Positions 10,201 through 22,514 are shown, counted from the stretch's first letter. The stretch is 64,000 nucleotides of DNA from an uncultured Thermoplasmata archaeon (GCA_963696985.1 CAVOMG010000001.1:299024-363023), one strand, 5' to 3'. The notes: generated by a model not told the origin, from the letters alone. Numbers and translations are program-made.

Positions 10201-12209
10201 GCCGGGCCCCGCACGCCGGGCAGAACGCGACGCCGCTGTTGGGGATCAACTGGCCACAGCGGCCGCATCGGACGAGGTGGTCGGTCGATGGGGCGAGGAC
10301 CACTGTGGGCGGGGGTGGCGCGGGGGCCGGACCCGGTCTCGGCGAGGAACGAGAAGGGAGGGGCGCGGCGGCGGGCGTGGGGGCGGCCGAGCGCGGCGCG
10401 CCCGGCGCGGGCGCGCGGTAAGGCGGCGCGGGGGCCCCGGGCGGTGGGGGGGCCGCGGGCGCCATTCGCATCTGCATCCCGAGGGGATTCGCCTGAGCGT
10501 GGCTCAGGGGCCATTGAGGCGCGTACGGGCTGCCGATGATCGCCTTCGCTTGGGCGATGGTGACGGCGGCAAAGGCTGTTCGGGGTCGGCGTCCGGCCGT
10601 CGTGTATTGGAAGATGAACGTCGAGCGCTGTCCCTGGAACGACGCCGGGGAAAGATAGTCCCAGGCGACCCGGGTGTCGCCTCCGCGGCGGCCGAACAAG
10701 ATCCCCCCCGGTGCGATCCCGACTCGGTAGATCTGGTTCTGGCGGTTCACGACCACCGTCAGCCCGGCGATCACCGCCACAAAGAGGAGGACGAAGATGA
10801 GGAAGACCGCGAGGCTCGCGGCGGAGCTCCCACTTCCGAGGAGGGCGAGGGGCAAGACGACGACCAGGACGAAGACGGCCATCATGACGGCGAGGAACGC
10901 CTGTCGGGCCCGGGGCGGTTGGCCCTCGACCCATTGGACCGGTTCGCTCGGTGTGAGGGAGAACCCCTGGGTCTGGTGGCGTAGTCGCCAACGCTGGGAG
11001 AGGAACGAGGCCCCGAGGATCAAGGCGAAGAGGACCGTGAGGAAGAGGAGGAGGACCCCGACGAAGACGATCGGGGGCGTGTTCCCCGGCGGGTTGAGGA
11101 TCAGTTCCCAGCTGCCGCCCGAGTAGGTCCACGTGCCGGTGAAATCCCCGGAAGCCCCCACGCCGGAGAACAGGACGACGACCGAGTCCGTACCATCATA
11201 AGCGATCTCGGCGGCGTAGCGGGCTTCCGGCGGGTTCGAGGTCGCCAGCGCGGCCCACCCGTGCGGTCCGAACGTCCAAGTGTCCCCGTAGGTACGCCCC
11301 ATTGTCGTACCCGCCGAGGAGCAGGAGGTAACCGTCGGCCGGGTCGTAGACGGCCTGAGCGTCTCGCCGAACCGAGGGCGCCGAAATCTGAGCGGCGCTC
11401 AGATCGGTCCAGTTCGCTTTCGAGTACGCCCAGGTGTCGGCGAGCAGTCCGTTCGACGAGGCCCCGCCGAAAAGGATCGACTCACCCAGGGCGGGATCGT
11501 AGACGAAGGCGGCGGAGTTCCGCGGGGGCGGCGAAAGCCGTCCGGGGAGGGGGGTCGCATCGGACCACACCCCGCCCCGGAACGTCCAGGTGTCGTTCAT
11601 CCCCTTCGCCCCATTGCCACCGCCGTCGCCGCCGAACAGGACGATCGAACCGTTGCCGGTCGGATCGTAGATCATCGAGGCGGATGCTCGCGCGGGGGGG
11701 GAGGCGTTGAGCTTGGGGGTCAGATCGGACCAATGCCCGTTCCCGAAGACCCAGGTGTCGCCGAGGGCGGGCACGCACTGGGGATTCGAGCATCCTCCGA
11801 AGAGCACGAGCTCGTGGTCCGCCGCATCCCACGCCATCGCCGCCGCGTACCGGGGCGGTGGTTCGATCGAGAGGGTCGGGGTCAGGTTCGTCCAATTGCC
11901 GCCCCTGAACTCCCAGGTCGTTCCGAGGGTATCCTGGTAGACGTCCTGGCCGCCGAACATCACGAGGTAGCCATCGGAGGCATCGAACGCCATCGCGCCG
12001 AACACCGTCGGCGGCGGGGTCACCCCGTTCGAGCGCAGGAACGGCTCGAGCTGGGCCAGGGTCGAAGAGGGCCGGGCCGCCGCCGCTCCCATCGAAAGCG
12101 CCCCGATCGGGAGGGCGAACAGGGCGATCGCCAGGAGCGCGCCGATCGCGCCCCCGCGATCGAAGGAGCCACCCGACCGACGCGCATACGGATCGGCCCC
12201 GCGCCTCAT
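10193..12209 (-). CDS. Kelch-repeat membrane protein with Pro-rich linker and C-terminal zinc ribbon (frameshift near 11290)
   Basis: Repeated PPxR..AAMxYD..LFGG..DTW units, signal-like N-terminus, three TM helices, CGRC...CPAC at the end. Confidence 0.8.
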
Positions 12210-12940
12210 GCGGCGACCTCGGCCACGAGCTCGGGGGGGAGGATTGGAGCTCCGCATCGCGGGCACTTCGGCGGATCGCTCTCGATGCGGCGGACGTCGA
12301 TCAGGCTGTTGCAGTACTGGCAGGTGACCATGTACTCGCGCGCGCGGTCGAACAGCGCCTGGCGGACGCGCGTCCGTCGGGCCTGGGCGAGGAGGATCGA
12401 GAACCCATCCTGTAGGAAAGCGTAGACCTGAGGGGTGTTCGGGAGGTCGGACCAGACGAGCTTGACCGTCCGGTGGAGGCTCAGGATCGCGGATGGGTTC
12501 CGGACGATCCCGCTATCGAAGGTGATCTTCCCCGTCCCGCTCCCGTCCTGGGTCAAGTTGTGCACGGCGTCCACGTTGATCTCCTGGAACGTCCGGCTCC
12601 GAAGCCCGGAGGTCGAGAGGACCCGGCGATCGGTGAGCGCATACGCGCTCCCCCACCACGCGAAGATCGTCCAAAGGATCAGGAAGATCATGAGCCCGTC
12701 GAAGAACTCCGTCGCCGGGTCGTCGGGGATCGCCGTCGTCGCCGCGATGAAGAGCAAGAGGAGCAGGATGTAGATCGTCATCCGGCCCCAGTAGCGCGTG
12801 AGGAAACTCGGGCGCGTCTCGAACAGGACGCTCTCGCCGCGGTAGACGTATCGACGCGGGAAGACTCCCGAGGTTTGGCACGGTGGCAGTTCGCTGGCGA
12901 GCGCGGTCAACGTCTGAGGCCGTTCCGGGGTCGCGGCCAT
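12206..12940 (-). CDS. bacterial-type PH-domain membrane protein with zinc ribbon
   Basis: GESVLFETRPS, two TM helices, YALTDRRVL..SGL, CQYC...CPRC. Confidence 0.75.
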   Translation of the reverse strand: MAATPERPQTLTALASELPPCQTSGVFPRRYVYRGESVLFETRPSFLTRYWGRMTIYILLLLLFIAATTAIPDDPATEFFDGLMIFLILWTIFAWWGSAYALTDRRVLSTSGLRSRTFQEINVDAVHNLTQDGSGTGKITFDSGIVRNPSAILSLHRTVKLVWSDLPNTPQVYAFLQDGFSILLAQARRTRVRQALFDRAREYMVTCQYCNSLIDVRRIESDPPKCPRCGAPILPPELVAEVAA

Positions 12941-13091
12941 CGAAGCGAACGCTCCTCAGTTGGGGCGGTGCTCGTCGACGGCCGGCTTTCGGAAGGGCTC
13001 AGGGACCCGGAGGCACGGACACGGGATCGGGCGTGGAGTGTTCGCGTTCAATCGAATCCGACCGTCCGGGGGCCTAGGTCCGGGGCGCCGT

Positions 13092-13716
13092 TCACATCTG
13101 CTTTTCGAAATCGAGGATCGTCGCGAAGATCGCGGAGTAAAGGTGGTTCGTCCCGGGGTCGAGGCTCGAGCTGCCAGACGTCGCGGATCGCCAGGATCTT
13201 GTGCCGGACCTTCCCGAGCTCGGCGCCGTTCGCCCCGACGATGGTGTACTTCCTTCGCATGATGTTCCCCTTCGACGACATCAGCTGGGAACCGTCCGGG
13301 GCGACCCACGCGGCTTTGAGGCCTCCCATCAGGCTACGCCGCATGTCGATGTGCCCGAAGCTGCCCCCGGTGACGGCGTCGACGACCTGGAAGATCGAAG
13401 CGTTCCCCCCCTTCCCCTTGCGGATGTGCATCGCGAGATTCCCCTGCGCGTCCTTCACTTCGTATTCGTACTCCCGTCGCCGCGCGGCCCAACGGCCGAC
13501 GTAGCCTCCGGCCACCTGGGAGACCGCACTCGCGACGACCGCCCCGGTCACGTTCTGCGAGGCATCGAGGCTGATCGTGCCGAGGACCTGCTGGTTCGAG
13601 TCCATGATCGAGTAGTTCTTTCCGAGGGACATGATGGCCATTTTCATCAACAGTGTCGACTGGCCATCGAGCGAGCTCACGAGATTCTGTGCTGCCGGGT
13701 TCATCGTCGCGGCCAT
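13092..13716 (-). CDS. LURP-one/scramblase (Tubby-C-like) protein (frameshift near 13165)
   Basis: NYSIMDSNQQVLG, YEVKDAQG, GNIMRRKYTI, GKVRHK..IRDVWQLE; C-terminal helix AIFATILD in the shifted frame. Confidence 0.7.
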
Positions 13717-13962
13717 GGCGCTCGAGAGCCTTTTCGTGGTTTTAGGTTGTCGAATCATCAAGGGCGCCGGACCCGGAGCGAGGGCGACGGGCCCTCGCCC
13801 CGCGGCGTTATCTAACTGCGTGCCCATCTCGCTAAAGGCGATTCATCTGAGAGCGTTCGGTCGATCGGCCCGAGCCGCGCTCAAGCGCTCGCCAACCCCC
13901 CGGCTCCCTGAACGGAATCGCTCCTCCTCGAGGGATGCTCCCCCGTCGAATCGAGGCGACCG

Positions 13963-14547
13963 ATGAGCGAAGCCACGGGCCCCCCGAAGATCGCGTCGAG
14001 CGGCCCCGAGGAGCTGGCGACACTGGGGGGCGGTTGCTTCTGGTGCACCGAGGCGGTCTTCTCCGACCTGAAGGGCGTCACGGAGGTCCTTCCGGGATAC
14101 AGCGGGGGCCGGACCCAAGATCCGACCTACGAGCAGGTCTGCGACGGCGAGACCGGCCACGCCGAAGTCGTCCAGGTGCGCTTCGATCCGTCGGTGATCA
14201 ACTTCCACGACCTCCTTTCGATTTTTTTCACGGTCCACGACCCGACGACCCCGAACCGGCAGGGGAACGACGTCGGCACCCAATACCGATCGATCATCCT
14301 TTTCCACAGCCCCACGCAAGAGTCGACCGCACGCGCGGTCATCCGGGAGATCGAGGAGGCGGGGCTGTGGCGGGGTCGGATCGTGACGGAGGTCACGCCG
14401 TTCGCCAAGTTCTATCCGGCCGAATCCTACCACCGCGAATACTACCGGCTCAACCCCGAGCGATCGTACTGCCAAGTGATCATCGCCCCGAAGGTCGCGA
14501 AGTTCCGCAAGAAATTCGCGGACCGGCTGCGCTCGGCTCCCGCCTGA
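13963..14547 (+). CDS. msrA: peptide-methionine (S)-S-oxide reductase
   Basis: GGCFWC, TGHAEVVQV, HDPTT, QGNDVGTQYRS, AESYH. Confidence 0.97.
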   Translation: MSEATGPPKIASSGPEELATLGGGCFWCTEAVFSDLKGVTEVLPGYSGGRTQDPTYEQVCDGETGHAEVVQVRFDPSVINFHDLLSIFFTVHDPTTPNRQGNDVGTQYRSIILFHSPTQESTARAVIREIEEAGLWRGRIVTEVTPFAKFYPAESYHREYYRLNPERSYCQVIIAPKVAKFRKKFADRLRSAPA

Positions 14548-14639
14548 CCTAGACCCGCCCCAACCTCTCGGCACGATCATGGGCGTCACCTTCAAGCGCG
14601 GGCCGCCGCTCGCCCCGGCAATCGGAGGACCCACGCTCG

Positions 14640-15098
14640 ATGCCGCGATCCCGGAATCCTAAGCTCCCGAGAACCAATTCGAACGACCTCGGCCGCGACC
14701 CCGAGGTCGACGCCGTCGCTTCCCTCGGGGAGGCTTTCGAGGAGGCGTGCGAGCACGTGGCCCGCGATCCGAAGTTCGCGTCGATCCGACTCGGGCCTGC
14801 CGTCGAGATCCCGATGTCCCGGCTTTGGCCCGGGGAACTCGGGTGGGAGCGGTCATTCGCGGGTCCGAACACCGACGGGGGCGCGACCCTCCTCGGCGTG
14901 CTCCTGCCCGGTTCGATCCAAGACCGGGCCGCCACCGAACTCCCCCTCCCGGAGACGACGAAAGCGGAGTATCGCCATCTCGAGGTGCTCTCGGGGCCAC
15001 CGTGGCGGATCGTGGCCGCGCGGGCCCGACCCGGAGCCCGCGTCGGGCCGCTGAGGGAGTTCGCAGAGGCCGTAGCGCGGGAGCTTCGCTCGGAGTGA
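14640..15098 (+). CDS. hypothetical protein
   Basis: Fills the gap between msrA and acs on the same strand. Confidence 0.55.
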   Translation: MPRSRNPKLPRTNSNDLGRDPEVDAVASLGEAFEEACEHVARDPKFASIRLGPAVEIPMSRLWPGELGWERSFAGPNTDGGATLLGVLLPGSIQDRAATELPLPETTKAEYRHLEVLSGPPWRIVAARARPGARVGPLREFAEAVARELRSE

Positions 15099-15107
15099 GC
15101 CTTCGGG

Positions 15108-17216
15108 ATGTCTGCCCGAAAGGGAACGGGCTCCCGCAGGGCCGCGAGCGCTCGTCCGGCCGACTCCGGTGAACCGGAAGGCTCTGGGGCGGCCAGCGAA
15201 GCGGAGATCGCGGTTCACTGGAAGGAGGAGCGGCTCCTCGAACCTCCGAAGGGGCTCTCCGATACGATGCGCGCCGAGGATCAGACGATCCGGGAGCGGT
15301 TCCGCTCGGTCGGCTTCCCGGAATGCTTCCAGGAGTACGCGAACCTCCTCAGCCTGGGACCGGGCGCCCGACCGCACCCTCGACGACAGCCGGCCCCCCT
15401 TCTACCGGTGGTTCCCCGGGGGCCTCTTGAACGCCTCCTCGAACTGCCTCGACCGCCACCTCGCCAAGCGGTCGGACCAGCCCGCGCTCCTCTTCGTGCC
15501 GGAGCCCGAATCCGAATCGGTCGAGACCTGGACGTACCGAGCGCTCTCGGATCGGGTCAACGCGACCGCAGCGTGCCTTCTCGACCGGCTCGAGCTCAAG
15601 CCCGGCGATCGGGTGACCTTGCATATGCCGATGACCCCGGATTTTCCGGTCACGATGCTCGCCTGCGCGCGGCTCGGCGTGGTCCACTCGGTCGTCTTCG
15701 GTGGGTTCAGCGGGGAGGCTTGCGGACAACGGATCGCGGACTCGGGAAGCCGGGTCCTCATCACGACGGACGGTTACTGGAGGAACGGGCAGCTCCACGA
15801 CCATCGGAAGGCGGCCGACGTTGCCGTGGCGACGGCCGAGCGGGCCGGCCAACGCGTGGAGCAGGTCCTGGTCTGGCAGCGGTACCCGGGTCGGAGTTCG
15901 TCGAAGGCGACCCAAGTCCCGGGACGGGACCTCCTGCTCAACGAGGCGATCGAACCGTATCTCGGCCGGCGCGTTCCGCCGGTCCCGATGCCGTCCGAGG
16001 CGCCCCTGTTCCTGATGTACACGAGCGGGACGACCGGGCGCCCCAAGGGCGCCCAGCACAGCACCGGGGGCTACCTCTCGTATGTGGCGGCGACCACCCG
16101 GATGGTCCTCGATGTCCACCCGGGCGACATCTACTGGTGTCTGGCCGATATCGGCTGGATCACCGGTCATTCCTACATCGTCTACGGCCCGCTCGCCCTC
16201 GGCGCGACGACGGTGCTCTACGAAGGCGTGCCGGCGTATCCCGACGCCGGTCGCCCGTGGCGGATCGCCGAGCGCCTCGGCGTCCGGATCTTCCACACTT
16301 CGCCGACGGCGATCCGCCAGCTTCGCAAGCTGGGTCCCGATGAGCCCCGCAAACACCACCACGACTTTCGGGTGATGGCGACGGTCGGAGAGCCGATCGA
16401 GCCCGAGACGTGGCGATGGTACTACGAGGAGGTAGGACACGGCTCCGCGGCGATCGTCGACACGTGGTGGCAGACCGAGACCGGTGGGATACTCTGCTCG
16501 ACGCTCCCCGGCCTCGATCCGATGAAACCAGGGAGCGCCGGCCCGCCGCTACCGGGGATCTCGCCCGCGATCCTCGACGACCGGGGGGAGGAGGTAGCGG
16601 CGGGGAGCGGCCGGGCCGGCAACCTCGTGATCCGGGCGCCGTGGCCGGGCCTGATGCAGACGATCTGGGGGGACCCTGATCGGTTCGTCTCGACCTACTT
16701 CGCCCGCTACAATCCGGACCCGAAGAGCCGGGATTGGAAGGATTGGCCGTACCTTACCGGCGACGGCGCGACCCGATCCGCCGACGGGTACCTCCGGATC
16801 CTGGGCCGTCTCGATGACGTCATCAACGTGGCCGGACACCGGCTCGGCACCAAGGAGATCGAATCCGCCTGCCTCACGGTCCCCGGAGTAGCGGAGGCCG
16901 CGGTCGTGCCGGTCGCCGACCCGATCAAGGGGCGAGTTCCCGAAGTTTACGTGTCGCTCAAGGGAGGCGCCGGCCCCCGGAAGCGATTCGGCGGGCGGTC
17001 GCACGCGCCATCGAAAGTTCGATCGGGAAGATCGCTCGGCCCAAAGCGATCCGCGTGGTCGAGGAGATGCCGAAGACCCGCTCGGGGAAGATCATGCGAA
17101 GGGTGCTCGCGGCGATCTCGAACGGACGGCCGCCGGGCGACGTGACCACCCTCGCTGATCCGGCCGTGGTCGACGCCATCCGCCGTCAGGTCCAGCCTGC
17201 GGCTGAGACCAAGTAA
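15108..17216 (+). CDS. acs: acetyl-CoA synthetase, AMP-forming (frameshifts near 15355 and 16975)
   Basis: YTSGTTGRPKG, ADIGWITGHSY, DTWWQTETG, GRLDDVINVAGHRLG, PKTRSGKIMRR. Confidence 0.95.
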
Positions 17217-17319
17217 GCCCCGAAGGGTAGGAGGCGATCCGGATGAGCCCGGCCCGACCGAGATGGCCCTCTGGGAAACCGGCCTCCGCGTTAGATCGGA
17301 CCACCCCAAGAGAGCGACG

Positions 17320-18181
17320 ATGACGTCGGGACCCGCCGAAGGAGCGCTCGACCTCACCCATGGGATCGGCTCATCGGTGGAGATCCGGCTGGGGGTCCGG
17401 ATGCCCGTGCTCGGCCTAGGCGTCTGGCAATTGCCGGCAGGACGGCCCACTCAGGAGGCGGTGAAGGCCGCCCTCGATACAGGCTACCGGCTGATCGACA
17501 CCGCGGCGCTCTACGGAAACGAGCGTGACGTCGGGGAAGCGGTCCGTTCCTCCGGGATCCCGCGCGACGAGGTGTTCATCACCACCAAGCTCTGGAACGA
17601 CGACCAGGGCTACGATTCTGCCCTGCGGGCGTTCGAGCGGAGCCGTCGGGCCCTGGGCGTAGAGGTCGTCGACCTCTACCTCATCCATTGGCCCGTCCGG
17701 GGCCTCCGGGAGGAGAGCTGGAGGGCCCTCGGCGAGCTCGAGCGCAAGGGGGCGGTGCGCGCGATCGGGGTGAGCAACTTCACCGTCCAACACCTTGAGG
17801 AACTGGCCAAGAGCTCCTCGGTGGTCCCGGCCGTCGACCAGGTAGAGTTCTCGCCGTTCCTCTGCCAATCCGAGCTGCTCCAGCACGCCCGAACGCGGGG
17901 GATTCGAGCTGGAGGCGTACTCGCCGCTGGTCCGAGGGCAGCGCCTCGACGATCCGACGCTCACGGAGATCGCCCGCGCCCATGACCGAACGGCGGCCCA
18001 GGTGATCCTCCGATGGGACCTCCAGCGGGGCGTGATCCCGATCCCGAAATCCGGGAATCCCGACCGGATCCGGGAGAACGGCCGGATCTTCGACTTCGAG
18101 CTCTCCTCGGCGGAGCTCCGGAGGATCGATGCCCTGAACGTCGGACTCCGATTGGGCTGGAATCCCACTCGGTACCATTGA
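17320..18181 (+). CDS. aldo/keto reductase (frameshift near 17900)
   Basis: GYRLIDTAALYGNE, DLYLIHWP, IGVSNF, IPKS. Confidence 0.93.
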
Positions 18182-18209
18182 CTAGGTTCGGGCCATCCCG
18201 GTTCGCCCT

Positions 18210-18881
18210 TCACCGGGAAGGCGGTTTCGATCTCGGCGGTGCGTCCAGCGGCGAGAAGGGCCGGCGTCGAGCGACGCGACCGAAGAGGGTCCCGAGCCAG
18301 ATCAGTTCGCCGGCGAGCGGGAGCGCGATCCCCACGAGGACCGAGACCCCGAAGATCCCGATCCGCCGGAGGCTCTGGCCCTCGGCGCCCCGGATCCAGG
18401 CCTCGGGCAGGTCGGGGTCGACCAGATGGCGGTTCCGGGTCGCATGGCGCCAGATCGCGAACAGTAAGAGACCCGTGATCGCCTCGACGAGGCCGAATAG
18501 GCCCACCGCGATGATCGCCGAGGGGGCCCGGTCGAAGAGCGTGTTCGGCCCATAGGCGAACACCAACGCCAGGATGAAGGGAGTCACCGAGATCAGGAGA
18601 AGGAAGTAGGTGTTGAGGCGCATCAAGAGGAAGTCGTACCGCCGGATCGCCGAGAAGAGGCGGTGGTGTTCCCCCCACCAGCTCGCCACGACGATGAACG
18701 CAAGGGCGTAATCCAGCAGGCGGCTCTCCAGGGAACTCAGGTAGGACGCGATCGGCGGGACGGTGCCGGACTGGGTCACGGCCGGCAGGGCGAGGTTGAT
18801 GACGAGCAAGGTCATCGAGAAGGCAAAGACCCCGTCGCTCAGCGAGATGATCCGGCTCATGTCCGAGCCCTCGCCGCTCAT
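18210..18881 (-). CDS. TMEM175/DUF1211 family potassium channel
   Basis: RIISLSDGVFAFSMTLLV, WxxHHRLF, six TM helices. Confidence 0.88.
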   Translation of the reverse strand: MSGEGSDMSRIISLSDGVFAFSMTLLVINLALPAVTQSGTVPPIASYLSSLESRLLDYALAFIVVASWWGEHHRLFSAIRRYDFLLMRLNTYFLLLISVTPFILALVFAYGPNTLFDRAPSAIIAVGLFGLVEAITGLLLFAIWRHATRNRHLVDPDLPEAWIRGAEGQSLRRIGIFGVSVLVGIALPLAGELIWLGTLFGRVARRRPFSPLDAPPRSKPPSR

Positions 18882-19065
18882 CCCTTCGTAGTGTGGGTTC
18901 GTCGAGGCGACCGCCCCCGCGCTCACCGGTGCTTTCCCCGAGGAGAGGGGGAGCACGGTCTCGGATAAGCGATGCCCACGAGCGGGTTCGACGCCGTAAG
19001 AACCGCGGACGGTTCTGCGGACGCGGGGGGAAGAACGCCCCCGACGTGCCTTCCCGAGTCGGAGC

Positions 19066-19656
19066 TCACGACGGAGCCACGCTCGAATAGACGGTGAACT
19101 GGTAGTTGCCGCTCAGGACGACCGATCCGACGTTCCAGATCACGATCTCCCAATCGGCGTTATTGTATTGGTGAAGGTTGGGGGTTTCGAGGAGCGCTCC
19201 GGTCGCGTTGGAACAGTTCGCGGAACTTCCCGGGAAGCACCAGAGCGGAACCATCGGACCTCCGGCGAGATACGAGGACCACCCTGAGGCCGTCCAGATC
19301 CCCGCGTAGACCCCGCAGGTGTTCGCGGGGGTGAACGAGTTCGCGCAGACCCCTGACTCGTTGAAGATCCCGTCGCGATAGGAGGTCCAAGAGAGCATGC
19401 TGAACGAACCGTCGACATACACCGTCGGGTCGTGGTCCGGCGGCGTGGGCACGGCAATGACCACCGAGTGGTTGACCCCGCCGAGCATGTCGCCCTGGTA
19501 GCTCGCCTGGTGCCAGACGAAGAGCAGCGTGGGCCCCGTCGAGGGATTCGAGGGGGTGGAGGCGGGGAGACCTGGGAGCCCGATGGCGACCAGGATCACC
19601 GCCATGACCGCGGCGCCCGTCAAGGCGATCGAGAGTCGTCGGAGCCGGACCGCCAT
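19066..19656 (-). CDS. secreted or anchored Cys-containing hypothetical protein
   Basis: N-terminal hydrophobic helix, four Cys, NxT/S sequons. Confidence 0.7.
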   Translation of the reverse strand: MAVRLRRLSIALTGAAVMAVILVAIGLPGLPASTPSNPSTGPTLLFVWHQASYQGDMLGGVNHSVVIAVPTPPDHDPTVYVDGSFSMLSWTSYRDGIFNESGVCANSFTPANTCGVYAGIWTASGWSSYLAGGPMVPLWCFPGSSANCSNATGALLETPNLHQYNNADWEIVIWNVGSVVLSGNYQFTVYSSVAPS

Positions 19657-19847
19657 GGCTCTACGTCCTCAACCCCCTACATGCCGTAGGAGTGTTAAGC
19701 CTTCTCAGGGGTCGTCCCGTGCCCGAGCCCGCCAGGATTGGGTCATCTTTCGCCCCGTGCCCCGTGCCGGTTTGTCGCGGCGGCAGGTGCGACCACTGGT
19801 TCCTCCCACGTCAAGTATTCGGGGAAGGTTGGCGCACCTGACCTACT

Positions 19848-20685
19848 GTGGGAGCGGACCCGGAGCCGATCCTGATCACGGGAGGAAACGGGGCCATCGG
19901 ACTAGCGGCGGCACGTTCGTTGATCCGGGAAGGATCTCCCATCATCTTGTGGTCGCGAGAGCGCACTCGAGGCGAAGCGGCGCGCGCCACTCTGGTGACC
20001 GAGCGGCCGGGGGCCCGCGTGGAGCTGGTCATCGGGGACCTCGAGCTCGATGGCGTCGACGGGGACGGTAGCGGAGCAGGTCGCCGAATCGTACCCGAGG
20101 CTCCGCGGCGTGATCCACACGGCGGCGGTCTTGACCCGCCGTCGGGAGGAGACGGAGGAGGGACTCGAGCGGATGTTCGCGACGAACCTTCTCGCGCCTT
20201 TCCTGCTCACCCGGATCCTCCTCGACCGGCTCCCGCGTGAACGGTCGTTGCGCGTGGTCGTCTTGACCGCGCCCTCCACGACCCCCGTCGATCTTGACGA
20301 CCTTCAATCCATCCGCCGCTTCCGGTCCCTCAGTACGTTCGGCGCCACGAAGACCGCGGATCTGCTGTTCGTCTACGCCCTCGCTCGGCGGCTCTCGGGG
20401 AGCTCAAGGACCGCGAACGCGTTCTTCCCCGGCGTGGTGCGATCGAGCCTCCTGAAGGAGGCGCCCTGGGTGGTACGGGCCTTTTCGCGAGCGATCGGCT
20501 CGTCGGCCGACTCGGCGGGCGAATCGCTCGCCTGGCTCATGACCGGGGCGCCGCTCGCCCAGGCGAACGGGGCGTTCTTCGAAGGGACCCGTGTCGGATC
20601 GACCTCCGACTACACCCGCGACGCCGGGCCTCAGGAGCGGCTCTGGCATGAGAGCGAGCGCCTCCTCGCTCGTTTGGGCGTCTGA
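19848..20685 (+). CDS. short-chain dehydrogenase (frameshift near 20045)
   Basis: ITGGNGAIG, FATNLLAPFLLT; FGATK replaces the usual YxxxK. Confidence 0.85.
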
Positions 20686-20797
20686 TTGAACCGGCTCGAG
20701 CGTTCGACCTGGCTCCTGGGCCCATCCTCGGGGTTGGGGACCGGGTCGCCGGAAAGCCCATAGGTCGTCGACGATTGGGCCGCAGGGGGTCATTCGG

Positions 20798-21568
20798 ATG
20801 ACGTGGAAAGGGAAGGTCGAGGTCGTCGCCGGGGTGGGACCGGGATTGGGTAGCGCCGTCGTCAGTCTCCTCGGGGAGGCCGGAGCTACGGTGGTCGGCA
20901 TCGCCCGGGGGCGACCGGCGCTCGAAAAGCTCGAGGCGATCGGACGCGACCGCGGCTGGAAGTTCCGAGGGATCTCCGCCGACCTCGCCGATCCGGCGGC
21001 GGTGCACGGCGCCGTCGCGGAGGTGGTCCGGGAGTACGGGACCATCGACGGAATGTCGGTCAACGCCGGTCACTGGGTGGAGGGGGAGACGCTGTTGCAC
21101 CTCTCGACCGACGATCAGTGGACGAAGGGGCTCTCCGACAATATCGACCCCGCCTTCTTCCTTACCCGGGCGGCGCTCCCCTCCATGATCGCTCGGGGCT
21201 CGGGGTCCATCGTCTATGTCTCGGCTTCGGAGCGGATCCGCTACACGGGCACAGCCTCCTATTGCGCCGGAAAGGGCGCGATGATCGATCTCGCGCGCAA
21301 GCTCGCGCACGACTACCGCTCGACCGGGATCCGGATCAACGCGGTCCTTCCGGGGACGATGGAGCACGAGATCGACCCCGCATTCGCCCCCAGCCCGAGC
21401 ACGCCGTTCCCGCTCAAGGACCGATCCGGTTCCGGGGCGTGGGAGGTCGCCCGGGCGATCCAGTTCCTCCTCTCCGACGAGGCGCACTGGATCACGGGAG
21501 CGTCGGTGACGGTCGACGGCGGATTCTCTACCCACGGCAAGGAGACGGGCGCGGCGGCCAAGAAGTAA
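20798..21568 (+). CDS. SDR family oxidoreductase
   Basis: GVGPGLG, NAG, YCAGK, IRINAVLPG, ITGASVTVDGG. Confidence 0.92.
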   Translation: MTWKGKVEVVAGVGPGLGSAVVSLLGEAGATVVGIARGRPALEKLEAIGRDRGWKFRGISADLADPAAVHGAVAEVVREYGTIDGMSVNAGHWVEGETLLHLSTDDQWTKGLSDNIDPAFFLTRAALPSMIARGSGSIVYVSASERIRYTGTASYCAGKGAMIDLARKLAHDYRSTGIRINAVLPGTMEHEIDPAFAPSPSTPFPLKDRSGSGAWEVARAIQFLLSDEAHWITGASVTVDGGFSTHGKETGAAAKK

Positions 21569-21579
21569 CGGTCCGACCC

Positions 21580-22514
21580 TCAGACCTCGTTGATCACCTT
21601 CGAGGACCGGACGAACGTCCCACCCCGGAGGTCGGAGATCGCTTCGGCGATCTCCTCGCGCGTGTTCATGACGATCGGGCCGTACCAAGCGACCGGCTCG
21701 TGGAGCGGGCGACCCGCCCCCAACAGGAACCGGACTCCGTGGGGGAGCTGCGGATGCTGACAGCGTCACCATCCCCGTAAAGGATGGTGTGGCCCGGGCC
21801 CGTTGGTTCCTCGTTCGACGGGGGCAGTTTCGAGCGGCCCGGAGGCGGGACGCCCGACCCCACGCTCACCGAAGGGGAAGCGTCGAACCGCGCGCTCCCC
21901 TCGATGGCCTGGGCGAACACCGTGTGACCCTTGGGGACCGCGAGGTCGAACGTGGCGTTGCCCGGGAGCCGGACGTCGAGGTAGAGCGGGTCAACGGGGA
22001 TGTGCCGGACCGGTCCTTCTACCCCGTGGAACGACCCGGCGATCACCCGGACCTCGCGGCCGTCCTCACCTCGGACGATCGGGATCTGCCGGGATTCGAC
22101 GCCCCGGTAGGACGGCGTCTCGAGTTTATGGTCTCTCGGCAGGTTGACCCACAGCTGGAAGCCCGAGAGCGTCCCTTCGGTCCGTTTCGGCATCTCCTGG
22201 TGGAGGATGCCGCTCCCCGCGCTCATCCACTGGACGTCGCCGGAACCGATCACCCCCTTGTTCCCGAGGGAGTCCTCGTGGGCGGTCTCTCCGTTCAACA
22301 TGTAGGTGACGGTCTCGATGCCCCGGTGAGGGTGCCAAGGGAACCCCGCGAGGTAATCGGCCGGGTTGCTCGAGCCGAAGTTGTCGAGGAGGAGGAACGG
22401 GTCGAGCAGGGGGACCTCGGAGTTCCCGAACATCCTCCGGAGCCGGACCCCGGCCCCCTCGAGCGTCTCGTTCCCATCGAAGCGCTGGCGTACAGATCGG
22501 ATCTTGGTCGACAT
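21580..22514 (-). CDS. pirin family protein (frameshift near 21745)
   Basis: DPFLLLD, GFPWHPHRGIETVTY, WMSAGSGILHQEMP, EPVAWYGPIVMNT. Confidence 0.93.
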
